Part shown: piece after piece, positions 12,865 to 26,622 of the stretch | How positions within the stretch are numbered: the stretch's first letter is position 1 | Layout: the number at the start of each line of letters is the position of its first letter | Assembly (NCBI GenBank): GCA_951406725.2 | Contig: OX597819.1 | Location: 53,134,001-53,198,000, forward strand | Length of the DNA stretch: 64,000 nt | Origin: Octopus vulgaris | Taxonomy: Eukaryota | Direction: 5' to 3' | Translations under genes and position numbers: made by a program | Notes under the pieces: generated by a model | Database searches by the model: none | What the model was told of the DNA's origin: nothing | Seen by the model: the letters and a program-made list of their open reading frames with translations, nothing else

Positions 12865-14529
12865 AACAAACAAGATGAGGGCAAATATCTGTTAAATGCG
12901 AATAATGTATGAAAATACAGGTTTAAAAAAATAACCATGACATATATAAAAAAATGCCTCAACTTCTTGGAGATGGTTTCTTACTTAACTGCCAGTGGAA
13001 CACACTTTCACAATAATGATGAAGATAAAAAAAAATTACAACCACTGTTAATGTATATAATGTGTAGCAAATAATCACTTATAATCAAGAGGAATTATTC
13101 AAGGTTTGTAATTAATATACTACTAAACTATTTCAACTTATTTTGAATTTCCTGCTCTATTTATAAACATAACATTTGGTCACTTACACATGAGAGTTAT
13201 CTTAGAAAATGGTGCTCATGTTTACACTAATTATAACATACAGAATACTGGTTTCTGTCCTCAAAGTACATTACACACACATACATGTACAAACACACAC
13301 AATATATAAATATACAGACACACGCATGTGAGTGAGTTATGATATAGAGCCATTTAAAATGTAGTCTGCCACATAGTTTCTCCTGATCTTCACTGGTGTA
13401 ATACAAGACTAAAAGATAGTAATTATTACAATTAGCTTCAGCAGATGAGAAGATAATTATAATACAAGGCGAGGAATCTTTTTCCATGAAGACCGGCACC
13501 AGCTTTCCTGAATATATTTAACAAGTGGTCCTTGTTTAAATAATGACAGTTGTAAGAATAGACTTGATTGTCTGCTGTATTTTCTTCAATCAGTGTCAGA
13601 GCAATGCCTGCCAATTGATTGGTCTGCAATAACAGTAGCAATTCCAGCTGTGCTCTCAGTAAATATAAGATACATTTCACTCTCATATAATGCCACTAGC
13701 AACATTTAAATAATTCAAAAAATTTAAAGGCTATGCAAATTCTTGCAAATCTTATATAGAGTGCCATTCTGAGGAGATATATTTAATAAATAAATAAAAA
13801 TAATTAAATGGTCTTTTGGGATTTTGTCTTTTTTGTTTTGGTTTTTTTTTTTTCTTCTTTTTCTTTTTTGAAGAGTCAAGGGGATTCTCTATCAAATAGC
13901 CTATTCTTAGATGAAGAAAAAATATTTTTTTTAAAATTAAATATGAAAAAAAAAAGGAAAGATAAAATATGATCAAATTTTATGGCATTATGTTCTGGAG
14001 GGTGAAGGTGGGGGTATTGTTGTTGTTCTGAATAAATGTATTGAAAAAAATTAGATAAACTATAAGCAGCAGCATCAGCATAAAAAGTTGAAGTAGCCTT
14101 CACAATTGAGGCTATCCTGTGACATATGCAATCTTCTCTGATTGTAATCTATCACCAACAAATACTGTATGATAATAATAATGAAAAAAAAAAACCAATA
14201 ATTAATAAATAAATAAAACACCATAATTACCCTGCTATAAGATTGCAATACAAAAAGTAGATAATGTCAGCAAGCTGTAACAACCAAGTCAAATCAATGG
14301 ATTATTAATGTTGCTTTATTTCTTTATTTATATTTGCTTTCTTTTCTAGGCATTTTTTTTAAAAAACAAACTTTTATTATTATTTCCTATTCTTCTATTA
14401 TTATTATTATCATTATTATTATTATTATTAATATTTCTTTTTATTTATTTCGTTATGTCCTTTTGTACCCCCTCCCCCTTGGTAATTCTCTATTCTGTAC
14501 TGTTTTCCTGCTACCACTTCTCCATGATA

Positions 14530-14562
<33 letters not shown>

Positions 14563-14770
14563 GCATCAGCACAACTATCAATAGTTCCAGCTCATAAAGC
14601 AGTACAAAATCAATATGAGAAAATGGACATGAGCAAACAATTGAAGATTGATAGATTTTATTATTTTTATTATAATTATTATTATTTTGCTCTTGTTTTT
14701 CTTTCCTTTGCTACTGTAATTCCTACTTAAGTCAAGAACCAAGTTTTAACATCAACAACAATAACAAAAG

Positions 14771-14801
<31 letters not shown>

Positions 14802-15392
14802 TATCAAATAAATATATGAAAATAAAATAAACATAAAACCAAAACAAAAAGTTCAGCCAACAACGATACATAAATATTTTATCTAATTAACTGCACTAAA
14901 ATTTCAATCGCATTACAGTTGTGAAAATGTGATGGTTTCTGTCATTTTTTTTCCTCCCCAAACACTTTAAATTGTATGCATGTATTTGTGTGTGATTCAT
15001 ATATCATTATTATTTTCATCATCATCATTTTACACTTGCTTATCCATGGCCAGCACGGATTGTGTGAGAGTCACTGCATCTGCATCTCACCACTTGTCAT
15101 GGTTCTTTGCCATCTGGTACGCAAAGGAATACAGAAAAAAAAAAACCTACCAATCTTTGCTGCTGTTCATATGTTTTATACACATAAATACAACCATGCA
15201 TGTGTATATGTGTATACAGGTGTGTACATGAGTGAGTGTGTATTTGCACACATATGCATATAAGCAGAATAAAATAAAGTATTCAATACATCATATACAG
15301 TAAAAGTTTATTCTTTCAGCCAAGGAGTACACAGTGGGGAATACTCGGAATAGTGATGGAGTAAATCATCAACTTTGAACACACACACATAC

Positions 15393-15394
<2 letters not shown>

Positions 15395-15460
<66 letters not shown>
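15395..15460. repeat. (TG)n microsatellite
   Basis: Pure TG run. Confidence 0.95.
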
Positions 15461-15465
<5 letters not shown>

Positions 15466-15535
15466 AGAGGTATGGGGTTCGATTCTCTATAGAGGTTCGC
15501 TGGCCACTTTTTCCTGTCATCTTAAGGGTATTTAC

Positions 15536-15590
15536 CTGATTTTCTAAGCTGTCTGCACAGCCACCCTGCGTTCAAGAATTCCTTTATTTT
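15536..15590 (-). CDS. Candidate 55-nt exon (KIKEFLNAGWLCRQLRKS)
   Basis: ctacag| acceptor with a weak pyrimidine tract and CAG|GTAAAT donor; only one frame is open. Confidence 0.25.
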
Positions 15591-15627
15591 CTGTAGAATA
15601 CCAACACACACTTGGCACTTGTAAGTT

Positions 15628-15663
<36 letters not shown>

Positions 15664-17870
15664 GCACACACACAACTGAATATATTTATTTTCATCTGAC
15701 CCTGTAAACTTCACCCTTGCAAGAGGAAAAATAAGTCATTGCACAAGAAACAGTAAAAAAAATATAAACAAAATTTACAAATAAAAAAAATCCATATCCA
15801 CACTGCATATGCGTACATGTGTGTGTCACAATCATTATGTCACTAACAGAGTACAATGCAATATGTTCAGAAGAGAGTGAAATAAAACTAGTTCAGATCT
15901 GTCACTGGTGAAATTAACCACCTTATACCTATAATACATTCTCTCCTTTTATATCAGTGGCCTTTTAGGACAATGACTGTAGCCAGTCAGTCTGTCTAGA
16001 CCAAGAATTCTTAAAAGGCTCCAAGATGAGGAACTGAGATATTTAATTGCTCCCTTAAACTATAAAAAAATTCAATCACAAAGCAGGTTAAAGTATAGTC
16101 CTCTCTCTCTCTCTCTTTCCCACTCCTTCCTTCAGCATTGCATACCTTTCACATTACAGGCAGCCCAGATCTTCATAGTGACTTTTATCATTGGTCTTGA
16201 GCTTCAGTTTGTTTTCCCTTTTTATAACTTGACTTTTGTGATTCCAGAGTGTGACCAATGGAATATTTGGGTTTTCTCCTAAGGTGCCCAATAAAAAATT
16301 TGGCTTTCTGAATCTAAGTCCCACTGTGTCTTCTACTATAGCCCAAGGCCAACTGATGTCTTGTGAGTGAATTTGATAGACAGAAATTGTGTGAAAGCCC
16401 ATCATGTGTGTATGTGTGTCTAATCCAAACAAGCATGGAACATGTTTGATGATAATGATATGTGTGTGTTTGTTCCCTCACCACTTGATATCAAGTGTTG
16501 GTTTATTTACCATAGACTAGAATTGTTTTACTGCAAGCTTTGGAAAGTAATACTTCAACTCTATCACTGGCTGAGCCTTTCCAAAGAAAGTCAAATCTGT
16601 GTGCCACTATCCATGTCGTCTAATAACATTTCTATAACCATTACAAATATTAGACCTCACGATCTACCATTAACTCTTTATAGCAACTATTGCATACATA
16701 TATATCATTGCCAAAGCTACATTACAATAACTAAGGTGTGTCTTTAGGAACCAGGGAATAAATATGTCGGCCTTGATGAGTCACTGCTCAAAGAAGACCT
16801 GCATTCAAAAATTCTTTTATTTTCTGTAGAATACCACTCAAAGAAGACCTCTACTGAAATTCTGAGCGTGTGCATGGATTGTGTTGCTACTGCTACTTGA
16901 CACAAACATCCTAGACCATTCCACTGACTGATAAAGAATTCTTTATCAACAAGTTGCAACCAGTAGCTCACAGAGGCAAAATTTTCTGTCTCATCTCTTG
17001 CAAGAACGAGAGCATCTGCACTTCTAGAGACACTACCAATTTCTTCTCCATTTTACCTCCTCTTGTATATCTAATCTCCTAAACTGATACTAAATACTCC
17101 AACTAATCCTTTCTCTTTGGAATTCACTCTGCAGTTACATTTTTCACATTAACACCAACTCACCAATGTCAACGCTGGCCATGACCACAACCCTAAGTCC
17201 AGTATATCAACAGTGCTTTTGTTATTAAACTCCAATCCAAATCAGAAAGATATAGTTTATCAAGAAAAATCAATATGATTCAACTGATAATGCAAGGCCC
17301 AGAAGATCTATTACAAATTTCTGTCATCTAATTGTGCATAATAGCAAAGACAAACATCAAAAGCAATTTCTAAGGAAATAAAACTTTAAACACACACAAA
17401 GTTTTACATTCATTTTTATTTGTCTCTACCCATGTAGGAAAACAAAATAGACAAATGCCTCAAGTACAAGACAACCTTCTTACGTGTCAAAGAGTTAAAG
17501 TTTTCTCTGAAACTCTTGTATTGGTCAGTAACCAAAACTTAGTATGTTACTTGCAACAAAAAAAAAAAAAATAGCAATGCATCTTCATATGTTAATTGGC
17601 AAGAGTCTAGAATCATTACTTGGGAAGAAATGAACTTTCATTTGCTCAAAGCTACATAATCAGGAACAAAAACACAATCTCCAAGAAGAAAATAATATCT
17701 TCTAGTTGCTGCCATTGCAATGATTTTCATGAAGCAGTGAATTAACCCCTTTAGTCTTCCATAGAAGAAAGCAAACAAACCAAGTTAATCCACCATTGCA
17801 CCAACAGAGAAATAATTGTGAGTGCATAGCAAGACCTGATTAATCAATAAAATGAACAACTTGCACACCC

Positions 17871-17913
<43 letters not shown>

Positions 17914-20900
17914 TACGTAAAAATATACATTTTCAGATATGCATAAATATACAATTATACATACAGATGTAGATGAGTGCACATGCATGTCTGTGTATGA
18001 ATATGAAGGCACACACAAATATACATATCCATATATGAAATATACATAAACAAATATGAACAAATATACAGATATGCATGAGTGCATGCATATGCATCTA
18101 CGTATGAATATGAACACACACACATACACACAGTGAATATGTTTGCATGAATGAATGTATATATCCTGTTGATATTTTATGGTTGCATTGATTGCAAGTT
18201 ACCAGGTATGTAAATTTTACAGAGCCTGATAAGGAGGCAAAGGGATAAAGGGAGAGAGAAGTGTGTGTATATGTGCATATTGTGTGCAGACACACACAGA
18301 TATGAAGATGCATGTGAGGGTGTGTGGAAGTGAAGAGAGATAGACAGGCAGACAGAGATGGAGAGAGAGACAGACAGAGAGATAGTATAAAAATAAGCAA
18401 TGACTGCGGAAGGGTCTTCTATAAAAATTCAAACAGAAACACAAATACCAAAAAAAAAAAAAAAAAAAAAATTAAAAGAGAAAAATTAAAAAGAAAAGAG
18501 TATTCTGTAATAGAGTTTCCAATAAATATAACCTGAATGACTAGCGTATGGTCACATATGTGTGAAATCCGAATACTAAATGACTGTATGAGAAACAAAG
18601 TAGAAAATAAATGACCCTCATATCCTTTTTCAACTAACGTAAACATATTCTTGCCTTTCATGTTGAAAAGATTGTGCTATCTAATCATGTTTGAACTTCA
18701 ATAGTTTAAACTAACAGTAAGCATATACATACACACACACAAATGTGTGTGTATGCTTACTGTTAGTGTATGTGTGTATACGTATATATACACACTCACA
18801 TATTTTTATATATATATATATATATGTATGTATATGTGTATGTACATATATACGCGTATGTATATATATGTATATATTATGTGTATGTATGTATGTATGT
18901 GAATGTGTAGATATACGAGTGGGTGGTGTGTGTGTGTGTGTATCAGAATGACTTATCATTCAGCTGTTGCATATATGTAAATATCATTCTTATTACTTAT
19001 TCACTCAAATTACCAAACCAGAAAACTACACCGCCACCAACACTCTTTCTTGTTTTCCCTCCCCACCCAACACACATGCATAAACAAAACAAACACAACA
19101 TTAAGAAAACCGGGAGAACAAAGGCACTTTTGAAACATGTTCGAGAACATTGTAAAAACGTGAGAGCAAAGCTCTGGTCTGAGATGACACAAAGATTGGT
19201 CATGGAACAAAAAACAGAGAGAGAAAATGAGAACCGAAAAGTAAAAAAAATTACAAATATATATGTTATAGTAATATTGCTGATATTTCAGCAAATGCTA
19301 AACACAAAACAAAACAAAAAAAATTAAAAGATTAACAAAAAAAAAAAAAATGGAGACATAATATCAACTCAACGTTCCTGAAGTGAATGATTTCATTAAT
19401 AGAGTAACATTTGTTTCTAGGATAATACAAACCCAAACATTTGGGTTTCAATCTACACTAGATTTTGTTTGAGCTTTGCTTCAATAACAATAGCAGGTAG
19501 ATTTTAACATCCAGTACTGGACGTTTGTTGAAGATTACACCAAATGAAATGCAATTCTGACAGAATAAAAACTTAAAAGATTTCATTGTTGTTGTTATTT
19601 TAACATCTTTTCCATGTGTGCCTGGGTTGGTAGAATCTGTTGAGGCAGATATTCTATGGCTGATTACACTCCTGTCACCAGTCCTCATTTGTTTCCAAGT
19701 AAGATAATGTTTCCCCCATGCCTAGGCATGTTTACGTGTTAGACTGGAAATGAAGGAACCCACTTGTATGACAGTGAAAATCCTTTTACAACCACACTTA
19801 GGTAAAGACAAGGAGATGGCTGCTATTCTGTGGAGAAAGGACATAGTATTTTGTCGTTATTGTAGGGCTAGTGGAGTGGACACAAAAATGGTTATGAGTG
19901 ATGGAAAGATGAGTGGGCCTGGGAGGCATAAAATCAGTCACCTCTGAGTAACAGAGGTCATTATATTAGTGACGGATGAGACAGAGAGAGGAAACTACAT
20001 ATCTCTCTGTGCCAGAGGCTGGAACATGTCTGTTAATGACTAGTGCCAATCTTTGGATGTGGACCTTCTCTGGTTGATGATCATGATATTTGTATGCATA
20101 ACAGCAGCATTGACAGATGTAGAGAAAACAAACCCTCAGGCATTAAATAAAATCAAAGATTTGGAGCTCTACCAACTCAAAGTCCACACAGTTATCAACC
20201 AAATGGCTTTCAAACAGCCACAAGGTTTACTATGCTATATCATATGATGGATTTTGAAAACTAAATTAAGTACCCAAGTAAAAAACAAATACATAAAAAG
20301 TACTGAAGTTTTGTTTGTTTATTAAACACTTCCCAAATCAATCAATATTTGCTGATCATTATATTTAAGACATCATTAATATTTATTGCTTAGTCCTTGG
20401 AGAAAAATAACATTCTCTGCCCACCATCACCACTACCCTGCCACATTGACCAAATAAAATTGTTTTCATTTCAAGGAACAAAAAAGAAATTTTTATTTTT
20501 TTTCTCTAATCATACAAATAGAGAAAAAAATCTGCCTGGTCTTTAAAACTGAGTTGAAATTTCACTATCCTGAAATTGTCTCTGAGAGAGCAAATAAACA
20601 ACGAAACCTGTTTTAGAGCCAAATTAATAAGAATTGAAGAATGGAAAACAAAAAAAAAAGAAAGAAAAAAAAGAGACTGGCAAAAAAAAAAAATAACAAC
20701 AACAAACAACAGCAATAATATTAATAAAGAAAAGATTTTTTTCTCTCTGTTAGCCTTCATAAACTGCCACTCCAAAAGAATATACACATACACATGGGAG
20801 TCTGTTTTACTTCAGCAGAGAAAATAACGAAATACACAAACGAAAATGGGTAAACAAACATTGATGAGGACAGAATGAAAATCATGCACAAAAGGAGGAT

Positions 20901-21014
20901 ATAGAGGAGAAAAAAAATATATAATAATAATAAAGACATAAGAAGAAAAAAAGAAATGACAAAACAATGAGTAAGGTATATGGATGTGCACAAACACACA
21001 CACATACATATACA

Positions 21015-21055
<41 letters not shown>

Positions 21056-21136
21056 CTTTAAAACAGTGAATAAGACAGACTTCCAGCAGAGAGATTGGGT
21101 TTAGAAAGAAAAAAACAGCCAAGAATAGTAGACATC

Positions 21137-21188
<52 letters not shown>
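21137..21188. repeat. (TAA)n microsatellite
   Basis: Pure TAA run. Confidence 0.95.
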
Positions 21189-21192
<4 letters not shown>

Positions 21193-22679
21193 AATTATAA
21201 TGGAGGGCAAATAAATATAAACAAACACAAGTGCAGTATGTAAGCTGAGATACACATAATGAACACACACCAGTTCTACATATATACATACACACATTTT
21301 AAAGACAAAGAAATGAAAAACACATGAGTACACATGTGTGTGAGTGTGTAAGTAATGAGATTTTGTGCATATGTACACACACACACACACACACTGAGGA
21401 ATGTACCTAAAGAAACAAACACACATTACACATCATATATGCGAATGTGTATCTGTATGCGTTACTATAGATATATTTGTCTGAGTGTGTGTGGGTGCAA
21501 ATGCATACAGATGCATATACGCATCAACAAATATATCTATAGAAAAAAATACACACATCATTATATAACAATGGAGTGAACCACTGACTAGATACACACA
21601 CACACACACACATATATATATTACATGTTTTATATACGTTTAAACACACGTTTTATGAAAATATGTACGTGAGAGAAGGGAATGAGAAAGAGAAGGTGGG
21701 GAAAGGAAAAAATAATGGAAAAAATATGAAACTATTAAAAAAGAAACAGGCAAATATAACTTTTAGAATATTATTGTCAATATGTACATATGTATTTTCT
21801 TTGAGGCAAAAGGGAGCAGTTAAAGGAACCATCACCAGCACCACTACATCAGCAACAACAGAAAAAAATGCTAGCGAAGGAAAACTCTTAACAGGAATCA
21901 ACCAACCAGTGAAATTCAGCAAAGTTTGCTGTAATGATACTTGTAGTGTACACAGGTGCTTTCTCCTGTGCATCTATGTATGAATATAACATGGGGGAGG
22001 GTATAGATGTGTGTGTGTGTGTGTGCATGTGTGTATACATATATATATGTTACACATGTGTGTGTGTGTATGTGTGTATATATGTGTGTGTGTTACATAT
22101 GTATGTGTGTGCATGTGTATATATATACACACACACACATCTATATATGTATATATGGAATGAGAACTGGACTTGGAAAACATCTTGAGTTCTATTTACT
22201 TTCATCACTTAATATAAATAATTTTTGCATCTAGTATATACATATGTGTGTGCGAGAGAAAGAGAGAGGACTAAGTACAGAAAGCATGAACACGCGTATG
22301 TGCCCAAACACACACACAAAGAACTAATTGGCTTGCTTGCAGTCAAAGTAAATTTATTTTTAATCAAAATAGTCTGTTTAGTGCACTGGTGATATTGCAG
22401 TAAGCACCCACCCAACTCCATAATCACAATCATCATCAAAACTGCTACCAATCAAAACAAAATTCTTTTATGTGTATGTATACACAACTATTTCTGTCCC
22501 TGGACTCATACTCCTCTCATGTGTCACAAAGCTAGTTTCCTCAATACTACTCCTTCCTTCAGTTGAGGGCTCTTGTCCTGTAAACTACTTGGTGAGCTCA
22601 CTGCAGCTGGTGCCCTCTAAAAGAAGCACCCAGAAGCACTCCAAATAATATTCTATTTCCCATCTATGCACAACTATGC

Positions 22680-23330
22680 CATTCAACTCACATGATATTA
22701 AGGTGAGTTACTTCTGAATCTCCACATAATCACTATTCCATCACACAGCTCGTAACTCTGAAAATCCATTTGTCACACTGCTCAGATACACAAATATATG
22801 AGGATCATGCTTCTCTCACTAACTCATATACTGAGTAGCCGTAACACTACCTCTGAACAGTGCTAAAAGAGAGTACTAGGGGTATAACAGCAAACACTTT
22901 CAATAGTCATATCTTTCAACATCATTGTTCAGGTTAAAAAACAGAACACTCCACACCCCTGCAACAACAACTGCAGAACAAAATAATCAGGTATTACATG
23001 CCCACAAGAGCATAGAACATCATTGGTAGAGCTACTCAATATCTTAACAGCTCACATAATTGCAGACTTTGCCTTACTGAAAAGCTTCAAATCTTGACAC
23101 AACCTGTGACATCTCTTAAAGTGGACGTACTTTCTAATTAATGAAGAGGGGAAAAGCTCCTGTTAGAGAATATATAGCCACCCACAGGTCACAATTCACA
23201 AAAATTAGCTTTAGTAAATAACAGTTAACCTCACAGAATAACTGCCCTTGATGAATAACCATAAACTCAGCTGTCTCCCTCAACACATGGTACCATAAGA
23301 ACCAAAGTCCATAAAACTGCAACAAATCTA
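22680..23330 (-). mobile_element. Highly degraded CR1/L2-like LINE RT C-terminal fossil
   Basis: Minus-strand translation ..NCYLLK..FVNCDL..PLFIN*KVRPL*E resembles the ILRxFxxRD..LFxxxVRPxLEY region. Confidence 0.45.
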
Positions 23331-23562
23331 ATTATGTGACCAGCCTTGAGCAATGAGAATCAACCTGACAGATTAAGTCTATTGTTTCTTTTAAAATCTT
23401 TATTCAAAGTATCATATGAAAGATCACATACATATATTTCATGTATGTGTGTGAAATTAAGTAACAATGGAATGAATCCATATTTTTACAAAAAATGAAT
23501 ATATGTAGAAATATATGGGGCATATATATGCATGTATGTATGAATAAATAAATATATATACA

Positions 23563-23767
23563 TGAGAAAAAGGAGGCAATCAGAATTTTGGATAATTCTT
23601 TACAAGCACTTTCATTTGTTTATTGAACTCGTCAACATAAAATCAAAATGATAAAACCAACACATTTCCTTGTTCATATGGATGAATGAAGGAAATATTG
23701 TGTTCGATAAATGAATGAAAGCACTAATAAAGAATTATCCAAAATTCTGATTGCCTCCTTTTTCTCA
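23563..23767. repeat. Palindromic element with perfect 40-bp outer arms
   Basis: tgagaaaaaggaggcaatcagaattttggataattcttta / taaagaattatccaaaattctgattgcctcctttttctca, plus inner pairing. Confidence 0.9.
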
Positions 23768-23825
23768 ATAAACAATATCTAAACACCACTTCAAATGCTC
23801 TATCCATATACAAATAAACAAACAC

Positions 23826-24100
23826 ACCCAATTTGTAAGTGATGCAGTAAATGATGTTGGTAGAAGTGTGATAGAAGTTTTGTGACAGTTGTGGTGTTAT
23901 TGATGCTGGGTCAAGTGCATTTACAAGGTCATTGTTACACGTGCCTGAAGTCTGTAACACTTCTAACTACGAGTTTGCAGAGATTCTTAACGGTCTTGAA
24001 GGCAAGATGTAAGAACGATTAGAACATTTGTGGAGTTAGTGAGTAGGATTTGGAAGATGCAAACAAGAGTACATTTCAAAGGGGGGATGGACGAGTGGAA
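23826..24100 (-). pseudogene. Penelope-like element ORF fossil, RT-linker to first GIY-YIG motif (inverted segment)
   Basis: Frameshifted translation FHSSIPPLK..LAFKTVKNLCKLVVRS..CKCT*PSIN..TSTNIIYCITYKLG matches the PLE pattern YHP..AFKRxxNLxxxLVRS..TSTNVIYCITC. Confidence 0.75.
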
Positions 24101-24720
24101 GGTGCTATTTATATTAGTGAAACAGGTCATCATTTCAGTGATTGCTTTCATGGTCGCATTTATAGTATTCTACTATGTATTCCAGGCCAGCTCATAGTCA
24201 CTCACTTCAATACAACAAGGCCACTTCATTAACTATTTATTAGCGTCCGGCATCTTAGCAAATTATGAATGAGAAACCAGATATAATATTCAACTTCGGC
24301 CCCATGATATCTATGGGTTCCAATGAATTGTTCTGCTTTAACTGCTCCTCTCCATCTTTCACACTTCTGTTTACTTGCTCAAATTTTCCCTCAACCTCAC
24401 ACAGCTGCTCTTTCTTTCTCTCTCCCAAGTCTTTCCTCTTCCTATCACCCTCTCCTACTACCTGCTCTCAATACATGCACTCATGCTCCACACTTCAAAT
24501 CAGTGGCTTCCAGTTGTTCTGATCAAGAAGAGGGGATAAAATTACTTCTGAGACCCTGTTTCTCTTTTCATCTCAAGCCTGGAGAAAATCTTTGTCCAAA
24601 TTGTTGGAAACTCTACTTCCCATAGCATATAATCTTAATTTCTATTTTTACTTCCACCAATAAATATAATTCTTGCTGATACAGACCACCTACCGTCTCT
24701 TTTGATTCTTTTTACTCGTG
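24101..24720 (+). pseudogene. Penelope-like element GIY-YIG endonuclease C-terminal fossil plus 3' region
   Basis: GAIYISETGHHFSDCFHGRIYSI..GQLIVTHFN and EKPDIIFNFGPMISMGSN match YIGETGR..RFxEH..VAxHFN..ExxxIFxLGTxxPxGLN; ends in a (TG)(TA) microsatellite. Confidence 0.75.
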
Positions 24721-24735
24721 TGTGTGTGTGTGTGT

Positions 24736-24820
<85 letters not shown>

Positions 24821-24827
24821 TATGTGT

Positions 24828-24871
<44 letters not shown>

Positions 24872-24895
24872 TTGTTTATATATATATGTGTGTGT

Positions 24896-24941
<46 letters not shown>
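24718..24941. repeat. (TG)n/(TA)n compound microsatellite
   Basis: Direct reading. Confidence 0.95.
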
Positions 24942-24944
<3 letters not shown>

Positions 24945-25259
24945 TGTATCATTATTTATCTCTTCTTTATTTCATTCTTCTTACATTTTTTAAATTTCAA
25001 ATTTCTAAGAGAAAGCAGACAAAGATAAGCAATAAAAATGTAACAAATGCTTTTAAAAAATTGTATTAATACTAACAAGAAACAAATAAACAAAAAGCAA
25101 ACACTGAACTGGAGACAAAAAAAAAAAGAAAACCAATCTACAAACAATTGTAAACAAAAAACAAGGCAACTAAAGACAGATCAAACATAAAGACAAGAAC
25201 TAGCTTGATAGTGGTTTATACTCTCTTTCTATAAACCTATGCACACATGTATATATAGA

Positions 25260-25800
25260 CTATACACACAGATATGCACACATACATACACACATACATA
25301 CACACAGATACCAATATATATCCACCAACACATACAAAATGTATGTGTATACACACACATACATATATCTATCGATACACATGCTGACTAAAACACACAC
25401 ACACACACACACAAATGTATATATACTCAGATATGCAAGCAAATATATGCTCACAAATACCCACCCCCATGTGCATAGATACAAAATGCACACATATACA
25501 GGCGCACACACACACATACATACACGCATACATACATATATACACACACATATATGCACACACATACATACATATATACACACACATATATATGCACACA
25601 CATATACACATATATACATGTGCACACACATACATACATGCATACACACATATATATGCACACACACACATATACACACACACACATATATATGCACATA
25701 CACATATATACACATACACACGAAAACACATATGTGTGTGTGTTTGTGTGTACTTATATATATATGTACTCATATATAGTCATGAAAACATACACACACA
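25260..25800. repeat. Degenerate CA/TA microsatellite field
   Basis: Direct reading. Confidence 0.9.
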
Positions 25801-26190
25801 CAAACCAATATACATAGATTTGCATACACTTATAGATATATCTTGTAACAGTTGAAAAGATTAAATGTAAATAAACAAGTAAATAATATGAGGCTGGTTG
25901 CAGCAGGGAAAAAGGAGATAAATGGAAGAGAGGAGGGGGTAGTTTCAGTAGCATAATTCAATGTTAAAACATTATGTATACACAAACAATATTTGAACAG
26001 CAGACATAGCAGCATCTCTTCTAAAAGGAGCAATGAGGGTGGGTGTGAGCAATGACAAATGAAATGTTCCATCTCCATAAGTAAATTCTTAGTGACTTAT
26101 CTGCCCAGCCCAGACTAAGCCCAGCCCAAGCCTGCTCCTTAACTTTTACACTTGTGATGGAGCAGATGATAATACACCCATCAGAGAAAG

Positions 26191-26622
<432 letters not shown>

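Larger units (their letters stand above)
12480..12912. mobile_element. Head-to-head inverted pair of a tRNA-headed, hammerhead-bearing non-autonomous retroelement
   Basis: Arms about 12480-12697 (-) and 12716-12912 (+) are reverse complements; each has a GAGTTCGATTC B box, a short microsatellite and a hammerhead-like core. Confidence 0.8.

Noticed and set aside
15091-15113. 23-nt segment between ccag| and |GTGAGA on the minus strand
   Set aside because: Not frame-preserving and too short to distinguish from chance without RNA data
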